Shown piece by piece: positions 31,147-40,729 of a DNA stretch of 64,000 nucleotides (within the stretch, counting starts at the first letter, position 1; each line of letters opens with the position of its first letter). Under the pieces are notes generated by a model. It had not been told where the DNA came from. It worked only from the letters and a program-made list of their open reading frames with translations, and ran no database searches. Made by a program: the position numbers and the translations under genes. Source of the DNA: Dehalococcoidia bacterium (GTDB lineage: Bacteria > Chloroflexota > Dehalococcoidia > Lucifugimonadales > Australimonadaceae); assembly GCA_022449765.1 (NCBI GenBank), contig JAKUPZ010000003.1, forward strand, positions 10,675-74,674, given 5' to 3'.

Positions 31147-34110
31147 TTATGATTTAATCAAGCCCAAAGAGCTCTGTGCGGCAGCTAGCCTAGCAACAGG
31201 CACCCGGAAAGGAGACGCACTTACATAGTTCAAGCCAAGCTCATTGCAAAATGCAATGCTTAAAGGATCACCTCCATGCTCACCACAAATCCCAATTGTG
31301 AAATCGGGGTTTACCTGCCTAGCTTCGTAAGTTGCCATAGACATTAGCTTCCCAACCCCTGAAACATCAAGGCTATTAAATGGATTCTTGGGAAGAATGT
31401 CTGTATCAACGTAATGATTCAGGAATTTACTTTCAGCATCATCTCGGCTAAATGCAAAGGTCATTTGCGTCAAATCATTAGAGCCGAATGAAAAAAATTC
31501 TGCCTCTAAAGCAATCTCCCCTGCAGTGAGTGCCGCCCGAGGTACTTCAATCATTGTTCCAAATAAATATGAGACTTTAACTCCTAGTGCATCTCTGGTT
31601 CTACTTGCCATTTCTCTTAGCCGCGGACGCAGCCATTTCAACTCATTAACATGAGAAACAATAGGAATCATTATTTCCGGTGAAACGTCCAACCCTTCTT
31701 CCTTGAGTCTACAGGCGGCAGTTACGATCGCACGGACCTGCATTTCGTATATTTCAGGCATTGTTAAACCTACTCTGCATCCTCGATGACCAAGCATAGG
31801 ATTAGACTCATGAAGCTTTTCCACAAGTTCTAGCATTTCTTCTTTCTCATCAAGCAATCGATGGAGCTTCTCTTCACTCAAGACATCCACATGATCAGCA
31901 TGTTCGGAAAGCCAATCTACTATTTTCTCACCTGATGGAACCTTCATTAACTCGCTAGCAGCCTCATTCAATAGGTCTCTGCCCCGTTCAACCCAGGCTG
32001 AAGCTTTACCCTCTCCTTCTAATCTGCGCTGTAAGTCCGAAACTTGGTGCAGCAAGGATTCATAGCTAGGTAAAAATTCATGTAAGGGAGCGTCTAATAA
32101 TCTAATTACAACAGGTAAGCCTGCCATTGCCTTGAAAATGCCATAAAAGTCGCCTGTCTGGAAGCTCTCTAATTTGGATAATTCCTGATGGAAATTTATT
32201 ACAGCTTCAGAATTATCAATTTCTTCATTGGCAATTTTTAGTTTTTTCTGTAGTGCGTGGCGTTCAGATGCTGGTGCATCTTGAAGAAGATGCTCGATTG
32301 ACTTTGCATGATCAATTAGCTGTGAAGCTTCGGGTCCAATCGCCAGCAATTTTTGTATGTGTGGAAGCCTTTCTTCTGCAAAAAACATATGCTCTGTTCT
32401 GCAAAGACCTATTCCCTCGGCTCCATTGGCCCTTGCAAGAGAAGCATCCTCAGGCGTATCAGCATTCGCCCAAACTTTTAATCTCCTTGCGCTATCGGCC
32501 CAGCTTAGAAGCTCATTTAATTCTTCTAGATCCTCTGATAAAGGTGCTACTGTATCGATTAGTCCTAAAAACACTTCACCGGTGGCCCCATCAATACTGA
32601 TGAGATCACCTTCTTTAATTAATTTCCCACGTGACGTCGCAGACATCCCATCTTGTTCAAAATGTAATTCTTCACAACCTACTACGCACGGCTTTCCTAG
32701 ACCTCGTGTCACCACCGCAGCATGACTCGTCATGCCTCCTCTGCTAGTAAGGACACCTGATGCTTTAATTATTCCATGCACATCATCGGGATTTGTTTCA
32801 TGACGTACGAGAATAACCTTCTCCCCAGACTCTGCCTTCAAAACTGCCCTATCAGGGTCCATAACGGCAATCCCTGAGGCTGCCCCTGGGGACCCTCCTA
32901 CTCCGACTGCAAATAAGTCTCCGCTTTTCATTGAAGCTTGCTTTGCAGTAGGATCAAAATGGGGCATTAATACTGCAGAAACCTCAGATGCTTCAATCCT
33001 TCCGAGTGCCTGCTCTTTGGAAATTACCCCTTCATGTACAAGCTCAACTCCTATTCGGACAGCGGCGGGAGCAGTTCGTTTAGCTGCTCTAGTTTGTAGG
33101 ATGTATAACTTGCCACGCTCTACGGTAAATTCAATATCTTGAACATCTTTGTAATGCTGCTCAAGCAGTCGCGCCGTCTGCTCTATTTCTTCAAATATTT
33201 TGGGCCAAGTGTCCTTGAGGCTTTCTATCCTGTGAGGGGTCCTGATGCCAGCAACAACATCCTCGCCTTGCGCGTTGGGTAAAAATTCACCATAAAGCAT
33301 CTTTTGACCCGTTGCTGGGCTTCGAGAAAAAAGAACCCCTGTTCCACTATCGTCACCTAAATTGCCGAAAACCATTGCCATGATTACACAAGCAGTCCCG
33401 ACGTCATGTGAAATACCTTGAAAATCTCTGTAAGTAATAGCGCGAGGGTTATTCCAAGAATCAAAAACGGCATCAACTGCTGCTTTCAGTAATTCCCAAG
33501 GATCTTGTGACAGTTCACTACCCGTATCCTCTTTTATTACGTCTTTAAATTCAGAGATTAGCCCTTTGAGCGCATCGGGCTGGAGTTGGTAGTCAAATTC
33601 AACCCCAAGTTTATTTTTTGTTATCTCTAAAAGTTCTTCAAATCGATGTTTTTCTATGCCGAGCACAACATTACCGAATCCTTGAATAAGCCGACGATAT
33701 GCATCCAAGGCCGGCCGTTCGTCACCCATCATCTCAGCTACGCCTTGAACAGTGCTATCTACAACTCCCATATTGAGAATGGTGTCCATCATGCCTGGCA
33801 TCGATACTGGGGCTCCGGAGCGAACAGAAATAACCAATGGCGCCTTAGGGTCGCCAAATTTTCGGCCTGTCTGTTCTTCCAAAATGCTTACATGGCGTAC
33901 AATTTCGTCCCATAAACCTGAAGGAAATTGATGGCCTAAACGAAAATACTCTAGTGATGTTTCAGTAGTTATGACGAAACCAGGAGGAACTGAAATTCCT
34001 ATCCTAGCCATTTCACTTGCGTGAGCCCCTTTTCCACCGAGAAGGTTCACCATGGTGGCTCCGCCTTCCTGGAGGCGGTATATCATCTTGCCGACCGAAG
34101 TGGTCGTCAT
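31147..34110 (-). CDS. ppdK: pyruvate, phosphate dikinase (unusually long, 987 aa)
   Basis: Motifs GGKGAHASEM, phosphohistidine GGMTSHAAVV, NPMLGHRGCR and catalytic GICGEHGG. ATG 34110 is preceded by GGAG. Confidence 0.93.
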   Translation of the reverse strand: MTTTSVGKMIYRLQEGGATMVNLLGGKGAHASEMARIGISVPPGFVITTETSLEYFRLGHQFPSGLWDEIVRHVSILEEQTGRKFGDPKAPLVISVRSGAPVSMPGMMDTILNMGVVDSTVQGVAEMMGDERPALDAYRRLIQGFGNVVLGIEKHRFEELLEITKNKLGVEFDYQLQPDALKGLISEFKDVIKEDTGSELSQDPWELLKAAVDAVFDSWNNPRAITYRDFQGISHDVGTACVIMAMVFGNLGDDSGTGVLFSRSPATGQKMLYGEFLPNAQGEDVVAGIRTPHRIESLKDTWPKIFEEIEQTARLLEQHYKDVQDIEFTVERGKLYILQTRAAKRTAPAAVRIGVELVHEGVISKEQALGRIEASEVSAVLMPHFDPTAKQASMKSGDLFAVGVGGSPGAASGIAVMDPDRAVLKAESGEKVILVRHETNPDDVHGIIKASGVLTSRGGMTSHAAVVTRGLGKPCVVGCEELHFEQDGMSATSRGKLIKEGDLISIDGATGEVFLGLIDTVAPLSEDLEELNELLSWADSARRLKVWANADTPEDASLARANGAEGIGLCRTEHMFFAEERLPHIQKLLAIGPEASQLIDHAKSIEHLLQDAPASERHALQKKLKIANEEIDNSEAVINFHQELSKLESFQTGDFYGIFKAMAGLPVVIRLLDAPLHEFLPSYESLLHQVSDLQRRLEGEGKASAWVERGRDLLNEAASELMKVPSGEKIVDWLSEHADHVDVLSEEKLHRLLDEKEEMLELVEKLHESNPMLGHRGCRVGLTMPEIYEMQVRAIVTAACRLKEEGLDVSPEIMIPIVSHVNELKWLRPRLREMASRTRDALGVKVSYLFGTMIEVPRAALTAGEIALEAEFFSFGSNDLTQMTFAFSRDDAESKFLNHYVDTDILPKNPFNSLDVSGVGKLMSMATYEARQVNPDFTIGICGEHGGDPLSIAFCNELGLNYVSASPFRVPVARLAAAQSSLGLIKS

Positions 34111-34263
34111 TAACTAGGCTCCTTAAAATATGTTTTCAGTACCAACTTACGAGTGTCCATCGCCATATTTTGACTACCGGCGACGGCAAAAGATGCTAGC
34201 ACTATCGATGCCCGCAGTCTAGCGCCGTACAGCGAAAATAGAAAAGCATTTTCGCATCATCTA

Positions 34264-34905
34264 TTAATCATTATTGCCTAAATACTCGCCGCGATAATTG
34301 GGAGGTAATAGCTGCGCAATACTGCGCATAATGAGTTCTGTGTTATGCGTAAGTACGGATCGCTCCAATTTCGTATCGCGTGCTTCCAAGTAAAATGGCT
34401 CACCTATAAAAACTTTTACTTTTTTGAAATGGAATGGAATCCTAATAAACGACGTAATACTTTCAGTTCCTGTAATTCCCACCGGCACAACAGGAACTTT
34501 CGCTTGCATAGCAATATATGCAATTCCATCATTTCCTTTACTTAAATGGAATGGGCTTCTAGTTCCTTCTGGAAAAATTAATAACACATGACCTTTCGTT
34601 AAAATAGCTTGGGCCCATTTAATTGCCTCGATGTCTACTCCCGTCCTGTTAACGGGATAGACGTGTAAGGCACGTAGCATGCGTGAAATTGCTCTGGTTT
34701 TGAAAAGGCTCTTCTTAGCCATAAAAAAGACTGGCCTGTTAATGGAGTAAACAATGAGAGGAGGATCAGCGATGCTTTGATGGTTGCACGCAATTATAAA
34801 TCCTCCTTCTCGAGGAATATGGTGCCTCCCTATTACTTGCACTTGACCAAATATTGGAAGAAAAATAAACGAAAGGATTCGGCCTAGTCGGTAGAGTAAG
34901 TCCAA
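34264..34905 (-). CDS. plsC: 1-acyl-sn-glycerol-3-phosphate acyltransferase
   Basis: Motifs NHQSIAD (HX4D) and FPEGTRS. TTG start 34905 is preceded by GGAAGGAGG and abuts the cmk stop. Confidence 0.85.
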   Translation of the reverse strand: MDLLYRLGRILSFIFLPIFGQVQVIGRHHIPREGGFIIACNHQSIADPPLIVYSINRPVFFMAKKSLFKTRAISRMLRALHVYPVNRTGVDIEAIKWAQAILTKGHVLLIFPEGTRSPFHLSKGNDGIAYIAMQAKVPVVPVGITGTESITSFIRIPFHFKKVKVFIGEPFYLEARDTKLERSVLTHNTELIMRSIAQLLPPNYRGEYLGNND

Positions 34906-35574
34906 TTAGCCTCCTTCCGCTATAGTAAAAGCTTGGAGGATGTGGCCAACTACGCCCTCAACATCGTTCTCGCCAGTTGGTATTACTACTGATCCTTCTG
35001 CAACTCTAAGCGGTGCTTCATCCCTCTCAGAATCTAAGGTGTCCCTTGACTGTAGGTTTAACTTGATGCGCTCCCTAGAAAGCTCAGACCCTTTGGCCTG
35101 AACTTCAGTAAATCGACGGCGAATCCTTTCATCTAAAGAGGCTTCAAGGAAAATTTTTGCCGCATCAGGAACAACTATAGTCCCTATGTCCCTGCCAACC
35201 ATTACGACGTTTCCTTCCTCCGCTATACTTCGTTGGATCCCGAGCAATTCCTGACGAACAGCTTTTACTTTTGCAACCAAAGAGACTATTTCCTCAACTT
35301 GAGGCGTTCTTAATTGCTCTGTGACATCAACGCCGTCACAAAAAATCATTTCACCTGCAGCAGATAGTGTAAATCGTGTTTCATGCGCAAGCTGAACTAA
35401 CCGTTTCTCTTCTGAGGGATTGATTTGTGCTTGAATAGAACAATATGCCAACGCGCGATAAAGCATGCCCGTATCAACAAACCTATAGCCTAATTGCCTA
35501 GCAAGCTCTCGTCCCACTGTAGTTTTACCAGAGGCAACTGGACCATCAATTGCAAATATGCTCGGATATGGCAT
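34906..35574 (-). CDS. cmk: cytidylate kinase
   Basis: P-loop IDGPVASGKTTVG and the DTGMLYRA motif. Confidence 0.92.
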   Translation of the reverse strand: MPYPSIFAIDGPVASGKTTVGRELARQLGYRFVDTGMLYRALAYCSIQAQINPSEEKRLVQLAHETRFTLSAAGEMIFCDGVDVTEQLRTPQVEEIVSLVAKVKAVRQELLGIQRSIAEEGNVVMVGRDIGTIVVPDAAKIFLEASLDERIRRRFTEVQAKGSELSRERIKLNLQSRDTLDSERDEAPLRVAEGSVVIPTGENDVEGVVGHILQAFTIAEGG

Positions 35575-35653
35575 GCGAGCATCTTGCGTCCGAACTTTCT
35601 ATACGTCAAGTAAGCGAACATTAGTGTAAATCCACAATATATATCCATTTCCT

Positions 35654-35682
35654 TTGACCATTACTCGTATATTTAGTAGAAT
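35654..35682 (+). promoter_or_regulatory. sigma70-like promoter candidate for gyrB
   Basis: TTGACC (35654-35659), 17-nt spacer, TAGAAT (35677-35682). The gyrB ATG at 35768 has AGGAG 7 nt upstream. Confidence 0.4.
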
Positions 35683-35767
35683 AATGCATGATAATTGCAT
35701 ACTTTATGGATAGGAATTTATTAAGATGCAGTTCTTATTCACCTTCACCGGCCAATAGGAGCATTGG

Positions 35768-38200
35768 ATGGCAAAGAGGAAAGAAGATCAATACGATGCT
35801 AGTGACATTCAAGTACTGGAAGGGCTTGAAGCTGTCAGGCGACGCCCCGGAATGTATATCGGCTCCACCGACCACCGAGGGTTACATCATTTAGTTTATG
35901 AGATCGTAGATAATTCGATAGATGAAGCAATGGCAGGGTACTGCGATCACATTTTGATCACCTTGCACATGAATAACGAAATTTCCGTCAGGGACAATGG
36001 GCGTGGAATCCCTATCGACAAGCATGAGAAAACTGGGCGACCTGCGGTAGAAACCATTATGACAACCCTTCATGCGGGAGGAAAATTTGATAGCCAGGCC
36101 TACTCCGTCTCAGGAGGTTTGCATGGAGTAGGAGCTTCCGTAGTAAATGCACTTGCTGAAAGCATGCGAGTTGAAATTAGAAGAGATGGTCGTATTTATT
36201 CCCAAGAATATACACGCGGTGCTCCTACCGGTGATTTAGTAAATGAAGGAGCCATAGACTCAGCCGATACCTATATTCAGGGAACATTCGTTCGTTTTCA
36301 AGCAGATTCTGAAATTTTTACAACTACCAATTACGATCGTGATGTCTTAGTGCAACGATTTAGGGAAATGGCGTACCTCAACAAAGGAGTCAGGCTTTCT
36401 TTTGTTGCAGAGGCTCACCCTGAAACAGATCGAACTTTTTACTTTGAAGGCGGAATAGCAAGTTTTGTACGGCACCTTAACCAAAACCGTGAAGTCTTAC
36501 AGGATGAACCCTTCTATTATGAACTAGATATTGAAACAGGAGTACCAAAGGAAAACAGTAAAGCTAAAGTTGAAATCGCAATGCAGTACAACTCTGGTTT
36601 CTACGAATCAACATTAACTTTCGCGAATTGTATCAATACAGCTGACGGTGGCACTCATTTGGTAGGTTTCAGAACAGGCCTGACTCGTGCCATCAACAAC
36701 TACGCCAAAAAGAGCAAAATTTTCAAAGATGATTTCGTTAATTTCAGCGGCGATGATGCTCGTGAAGGACTCACTGCAATAATCAGTGTACGCCTTGAAG
36801 AGCCACAATTTGAAGGGCAAACGAAAGGAAAGCTAGGTAACGCCGAAATAAAAAATGCTGTTGAGCAAAGCGTTGTTCAAGGTTTAGAGTTTTACCTTGA
36901 AGAACACCCTCACGAAGGACGTCGGATTCTCGAAAAGTGCCTTACTTCACAGCGTGCACGAGAAGCTGCACGCAAGGCGAGGGATCTAGTTATTCGTAAA
37001 AATGCAATGGAGGGGGGTTCCCTTCCCGGCAAGCTTGCAGATTGTGCAGAGAGAAACCCTGAGCTTTCTGAGCTTTATGTCGTAGAAGGTGACTCTGCGG
37101 GTGGTTCTGCAAAGATGGGACGAGACAGGAAGTACCAAGCTATCCTGCCACTTCGAGGGAAAATCCTAAATGTTGAAAAAGCACGCCCCGACAGAATGCT
37201 TGCGCATGAAGAAATTCGCGCTCTCATCACGGCTCTAGGTGCCGGGCTGGGCGAAGATTTTAATCTTACGAAACTTCGTTACCACAAAGTCATCATCATG
37301 ACAGACGCAGATGTCGATGGTGCTCACATCAGGACACTTCTACTCACTTTCTTCTTTAGGAATATGCCTACCCTTATCAACGCAGGGCATTTATATATTG
37401 CCCAGCCTCCTTTGTACCGAACATCCAAAGGCCGTGCTGTTGAGTACAAATATTCGGAAAATGACAAGGATGCCTGGTTAGCCAAGCAACTTTTTGGCAG
37501 AATCGCAGTCTCTTCTAGTGACGGTAGCGTCTCGATGTCTGGGGCTAAATTGCAGGGGCTCGTAGAACGATTAAAGGAATTTTCTAGTTGGACGCAACCA
37601 TTACTTAATCTTGGATTGGCACCCGAATTAATCGGACCATTTATGCAAGGAACTCAACATGGTGCATATCGCTTAGCCTTTGAAGGAGAAGAAACTCTCA
37701 ATACTGTTGCAAGTTGGATGCAAAAACAAGGCTTTGAATGCAAGCCAATCATAAACGCAAAGAAAAATGAATTTCTTCTTGAATTCCCTGGTTATGGCAC
37801 GATAAATGTCCCTAGGGTCTTGGAGTCAGCCGCAGCTCATAGAGCTCAGCAACTATTTCCTTCTTTAGCCGATTGGGTTAACGGGCACACCTACAAAGTT
37901 TCTCGACGGGATAGTGACGTTGCAGATGATGTTAAATGGCAAGACTTGGCCCAAATCCTTGAAAGAAATTCAGAGCGACAGGGGATTGGTCTGCAACGCT
38001 ATAAAGGACTTGGGGAAATGAACCCTGATCAACTTTGGGAAACAACTATGGATCCTTCCTCACGAACCTTGCTCCAAGTAGGAGTCCCTGATGAGCCTGA
38101 TGCCGATAAGGCATTTAGCGAACTAATGGGAGATTTAGTTCAACCTAGAAAAGAATGGATTCAAGCTCATGCTCGGCAGGTTAAAAACTTGGACGTCTAA
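35768..38200 (+). CDS. gyrB: DNA gyrase subunit B (long form with about 165-aa insert in the Toprim/tail region)
   Basis: Motifs GLHHLVYEIVDNSIDEA, GGLHGVG, EGDSAGGSAK, DADVDGAHI and QRYKGLGEMNPDQLWETTMDP. 192 residues lie between PPLY and QRYKG. Confidence 0.95.
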   Translation: MAKRKEDQYDASDIQVLEGLEAVRRRPGMYIGSTDHRGLHHLVYEIVDNSIDEAMAGYCDHILITLHMNNEISVRDNGRGIPIDKHEKTGRPAVETIMTTLHAGGKFDSQAYSVSGGLHGVGASVVNALAESMRVEIRRDGRIYSQEYTRGAPTGDLVNEGAIDSADTYIQGTFVRFQADSEIFTTTNYDRDVLVQRFREMAYLNKGVRLSFVAEAHPETDRTFYFEGGIASFVRHLNQNREVLQDEPFYYELDIETGVPKENSKAKVEIAMQYNSGFYESTLTFANCINTADGGTHLVGFRTGLTRAINNYAKKSKIFKDDFVNFSGDDAREGLTAIISVRLEEPQFEGQTKGKLGNAEIKNAVEQSVVQGLEFYLEEHPHEGRRILEKCLTSQRAREAARKARDLVIRKNAMEGGSLPGKLADCAERNPELSELYVVEGDSAGGSAKMGRDRKYQAILPLRGKILNVEKARPDRMLAHEEIRALITALGAGLGEDFNLTKLRYHKVIIMTDADVDGAHIRTLLLTFFFRNMPTLINAGHLYIAQPPLYRTSKGRAVEYKYSENDKDAWLAKQLFGRIAVSSSDGSVSMSGAKLQGLVERLKEFSSWTQPLLNLGLAPELIGPFMQGTQHGAYRLAFEGEETLNTVASWMQKQGFECKPIINAKKNEFLLEFPGYGTINVPRVLESAAAHRAQQLFPSLADWVNGHTYKVSRRDSDVADDVKWQDLAQILERNSERQGIGLQRYKGLGEMNPDQLWETTMDPSSRTLLQVGVPDEPDADKAFSELMGDLVQPRKEWIQAHARQVKNLDV

Positions 38201-38205
38201 TTCGT

Positions 38206-38793
38206 TTAGCCTGGATTCTCAGCAAGGGTAACTTCGCCAGCGTCATTAGCACGAAAAATAGTATGAAACGTATACCCGTCAGATGTGAGTCGATCCCTTC
38301 CGCCTTGATCCCGGTCGAGAATACTAGCGACCACCGCAACTTTGTACCCGGCCTCTTCTACCGCATTGATAGCCATGTACAAAGATCCTGCCGTTGAACA
38401 AGTATCATCAACTATTGCTACGGGATTTTTATTTTGAAGAGGTCCTTCAATAGCGTTTCCTAATCCATAGGCTTTTGCTTCTTTCCTTACAAAAAACCCA
38501 GGAAGAGGATTTCCGCCATCAAGACCACTCAGCATGGCTATTTCTGTGACTAAAGGCACAGCTCCAACCGCCGGCCCTCCGACCGCTTGGGCCCCATACC
38601 TTCGTAAAGCAGGTAATAGTAATCCAGCAATTAAGTTAGCACCCGCAGGAGAAAGCGTTAAGAGTCGGCCATCAAAATAATATGTGCTTCTCTGGCCCGA
38701 GGCCAACACAAAATCTCCAAACCTCAATGCGCCTAATTCTGTAGCCAAAAGCAGTAATTCTTCAGCTTTAGCAATTTCCTGTTGAGTACTCAT
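38206..38793 (-). CDS. pyrE: orotate phosphoribosyltransferase
   Basis: PRPP-binding motif VAIVDDTCSTAGS; 195 aa. Confidence 0.88.
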   Translation of the reverse strand: MSTQQEIAKAEELLLLATELGALRFGDFVLASGQRSTYYFDGRLLTLSPAGANLIAGLLLPALRRYGAQAVGGPAVGAVPLVTEIAMLSGLDGGNPLPGFFVRKEAKAYGLGNAIEGPLQNKNPVAIVDDTCSTAGSLYMAINAVEEAGYKVAVVASILDRDQGGRDRLTSDGYTFHTIFRANDAGEVTLAENPG

Positions 38794-38811
38794 TTAAATG
38801 CCCCATAGAAA

Positions 38812-39414
38812 CTAAGATCGATACAAACCTTGCTGGTCAATATACTCTGCAACTTGGCCGGGAACCAAGTATCTAATTGATTCTCCATGACTAGCGCGCC
38901 TTCGTAGTTCCTTGCCGCTTATTTCTATGAGCGGCATTTGTACTGTCATAATCCTCTCTGCTGCCGTGGGATCAATTTCAAGCAAAGGATCTAAGTTGAT
39001 AGGACCATACCCTGGACGCAGGGCCACAATAATTCTAGCTAGCTCAAGGATTCGTTTCGGTTCCTTCCAGAGGTGTAGAGTATGTAATGTGTCTGCACCC
39101 ATTACAAATAAAAGCTCATCTTCCGCCATATCTCCTGAACGCATTTCTTCAAGCGTATCCACCGTATACGTTTCCCCTGGTCTGTTCAGCTCTGAGGTAG
39201 AAAGGAAAAAAGCATTATTTTCCTTAATTGCAAGCTCTACCATTGCTCGCCGATGATATCCGTCTGTAATTGTTTCGTCCCGCTTCATCCAAGGAAGACC
39301 CGTAGGAACAAACCAGAGTTGATCTAGGCCAAACCTCCAAAGGACCTCTTGTGCGAGGATCAAATGCCCTGTATGGATAGGATCGAAGGTGCCCCCTAAT
39401 ATTCCTCTACGCAT
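38812..39414 (-). CDS. nadD: nicotinate-nucleotide adenylyltransferase
   Basis: N-terminal GGTFDPIHTGH motif; 200 aa. Confidence 0.9.
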   Translation of the reverse strand: MRRGILGGTFDPIHTGHLILAQEVLWRFGLDQLWFVPTGLPWMKRDETITDGYHRRAMVELAIKENNAFFLSTSELNRPGETYTVDTLEEMRSGDMAEDELLFVMGADTLHTLHLWKEPKRILELARIIVALRPGYGPINLDPLLEIDPTAAERIMTVQMPLIEISGKELRRRASHGESIRYLVPGQVAEYIDQQGLYRS

Positions 39415-39417
39415 TTT

Positions 39418-40683
39418 TCATTCCCACGTAAATTCATACCCCCCAAGAAAAACGGTATCGCCTTCTTCTATTTTTGCACGGATTAGGGCCTCCATCACCC
39501 CCATCTTTTTCAGATGGTTGTGAAATTGTAAGCGCGCACGCCAATTGTTTAAATTAATTGTAGCTAAAATCCGGTCCGCAGGCGGACATGTGACGATAAA
39601 GCCACTCTCGTCCTTTGTTACTCTGGGGCGCTGCGAAACCGGCGGTAAAGGTTTTATGTATTTGAGCCCGCGTGGCTGCATTTCCCCTACGCTCGTATCC
39701 GTATAGTTATCTAAAAGATGATATAAATCATCAAGTCCTTCACCCGTGGCTGACGATAGTAAAAAAGGCTCCGCACCTATTTCTGCCCGCAACAGTTCTC
39801 TCTGTGCTTCAAATCGTTCTTTGACTTCAGGGATGTCCGCTTTTGTAACAATTACAAACCTTGGTTTCTCAATTAGACCTGCATTATGAAGAATAAGCTC
39901 TTGATTAATTGTCTTGTAATCAAGAACAAAATCGTCTGAAAGCCCATCAATTAGCTGAAGCAAAATAGCAGACCGTTCGCAATGGCGAAGAAACTCTAAC
40001 CCAAGTCCTTTGCCCAAATGTGCATTTTCGATAAGTCCGGGAATATCTAACATGACTAGAGAACCTGTTGAAACTTTGACCACCCCTAAAATAGGCTCAA
40101 GAGTGGTAAACGGATAATCTCCTATTTTTGAATTCGCTCTGGTGACAACATTCAGTAATGAAGACTTCCCTGCATTGGGCAATCCGACTAAGCCAACGTC
40201 CGCTAATAATTTAATTTCCAGATAAATGTCCCTCTCTTCACCTGGCTCTCCACCAATAGCAATTAACGGTTCTTGATTAACCGAGCTTGCAAAGTGAGTG
40301 TTCCCTATTCCACCTTGCCCCCCATAAGCTATTAAGATTTTTTCCCCATCTTCTAAAACTTCTGTAAGCCTTTGTTTTTCCTCATTTAAATCAATGGACC
40401 AAACAACTGTTCCAAGAGGGACATCCAAAAAAGAGGGCTTGCCCTTACGCCCGGTTCTTTGTTTACTTTTACCTGGGAGGCCATCTTCTCCAATTATTTT
40501 ATTAACCCCTTCGAGATGATTAAGTGATCTTAGGTTCTGCCTACCTCTAAGAATAATAGGCCCACCATCGCCACCATCGCCACCATCAGGTCCTCCGTTC
40601 GGTCTAAATTTTTCACGTAAAAAAGAAACAGATCCGTTTCCACCTGCTCCTGCTATTACCATTAATCTTTTTGTATCTTCCAT
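39418..40683 (-). CDS. obg: GTPase Obg
   Basis: Gly-rich Obg fold (GGPDGGDGGDGG), G-domain GLPNAGKSSLL and a C-terminal OCT-like domain. Confidence 0.93.
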   Translation of the reverse strand: MEDTKRLMVIAGAGGNGSVSFLREKFRPNGGPDGGDGGDGGPIILRGRQNLRSLNHLEGVNKIIGEDGLPGKSKQRTGRKGKPSFLDVPLGTVVWSIDLNEEKQRLTEVLEDGEKILIAYGGQGGIGNTHFASSVNQEPLIAIGGEPGEERDIYLEIKLLADVGLVGLPNAGKSSLLNVVTRANSKIGDYPFTTLEPILGVVKVSTGSLVMLDIPGLIENAHLGKGLGLEFLRHCERSAILLQLIDGLSDDFVLDYKTINQELILHNAGLIEKPRFVIVTKADIPEVKERFEAQRELLRAEIGAEPFLLSSATGEGLDDLYHLLDNYTDTSVGEMQPRGLKYIKPLPPVSQRPRVTKDESGFIVTCPPADRILATINLNNWRARLQFHNHLKKMGVMEALIRAKIEEGDTVFLGGYEFTWE

Positions 40684-40691
40684 AGTACTTA

Positions 40692-40729
40692 AGTAATTAT
40701 ATAGAGTAATAAGAATAGTAATAGGATAG
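40692..40729 (+). repeat. three AGTAAT-initiated 12-13-mers forming a run of NAN trinucleotides (DnaA-trio-like)
   Basis: AGTAATTATATAG / AGTAATAAGAAT / AGTAATAGGATAG. In the phase starting at 40704 it reads GAG TAA TAA GAA TAG TAA TAG GAT. It lies in the 97-bp AT-rich spacer between the dnaA stop and the obg start. Confidence 0.5.

Noticed and set aside
34227-34254. AT-rich hairpin GCGAAAAT-N8-ATTTTCGC after plsC as a terminator, or structured leader or riboswitch elements in the 153-nt ppdK upstream spacer.
   Set aside because: The stem is weak and followed by UGUACGG, not a U-run. I recognised no conserved riboswitch core, so there is not enough evidence to call a feature.
37418-37993. 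The possibility that the GyrB insertion is an intein.
   Set aside because: There is no Cys/Ser/Thr at an N-extein junction followed by intein block A, no terminal His-Asn plus nucleophile, and no endonuclease motifs. The position matches the known proteobacterial insert site instead.
40563-40589. Tandem 9-nt repeat CACCATCGC x3 inside obg.
   Set aside because: It encodes the Gly-rich GGDGGDGG repeat that is an intrinsic part of the Obg fold. It is not a VNTR-like or regulatory repeat.
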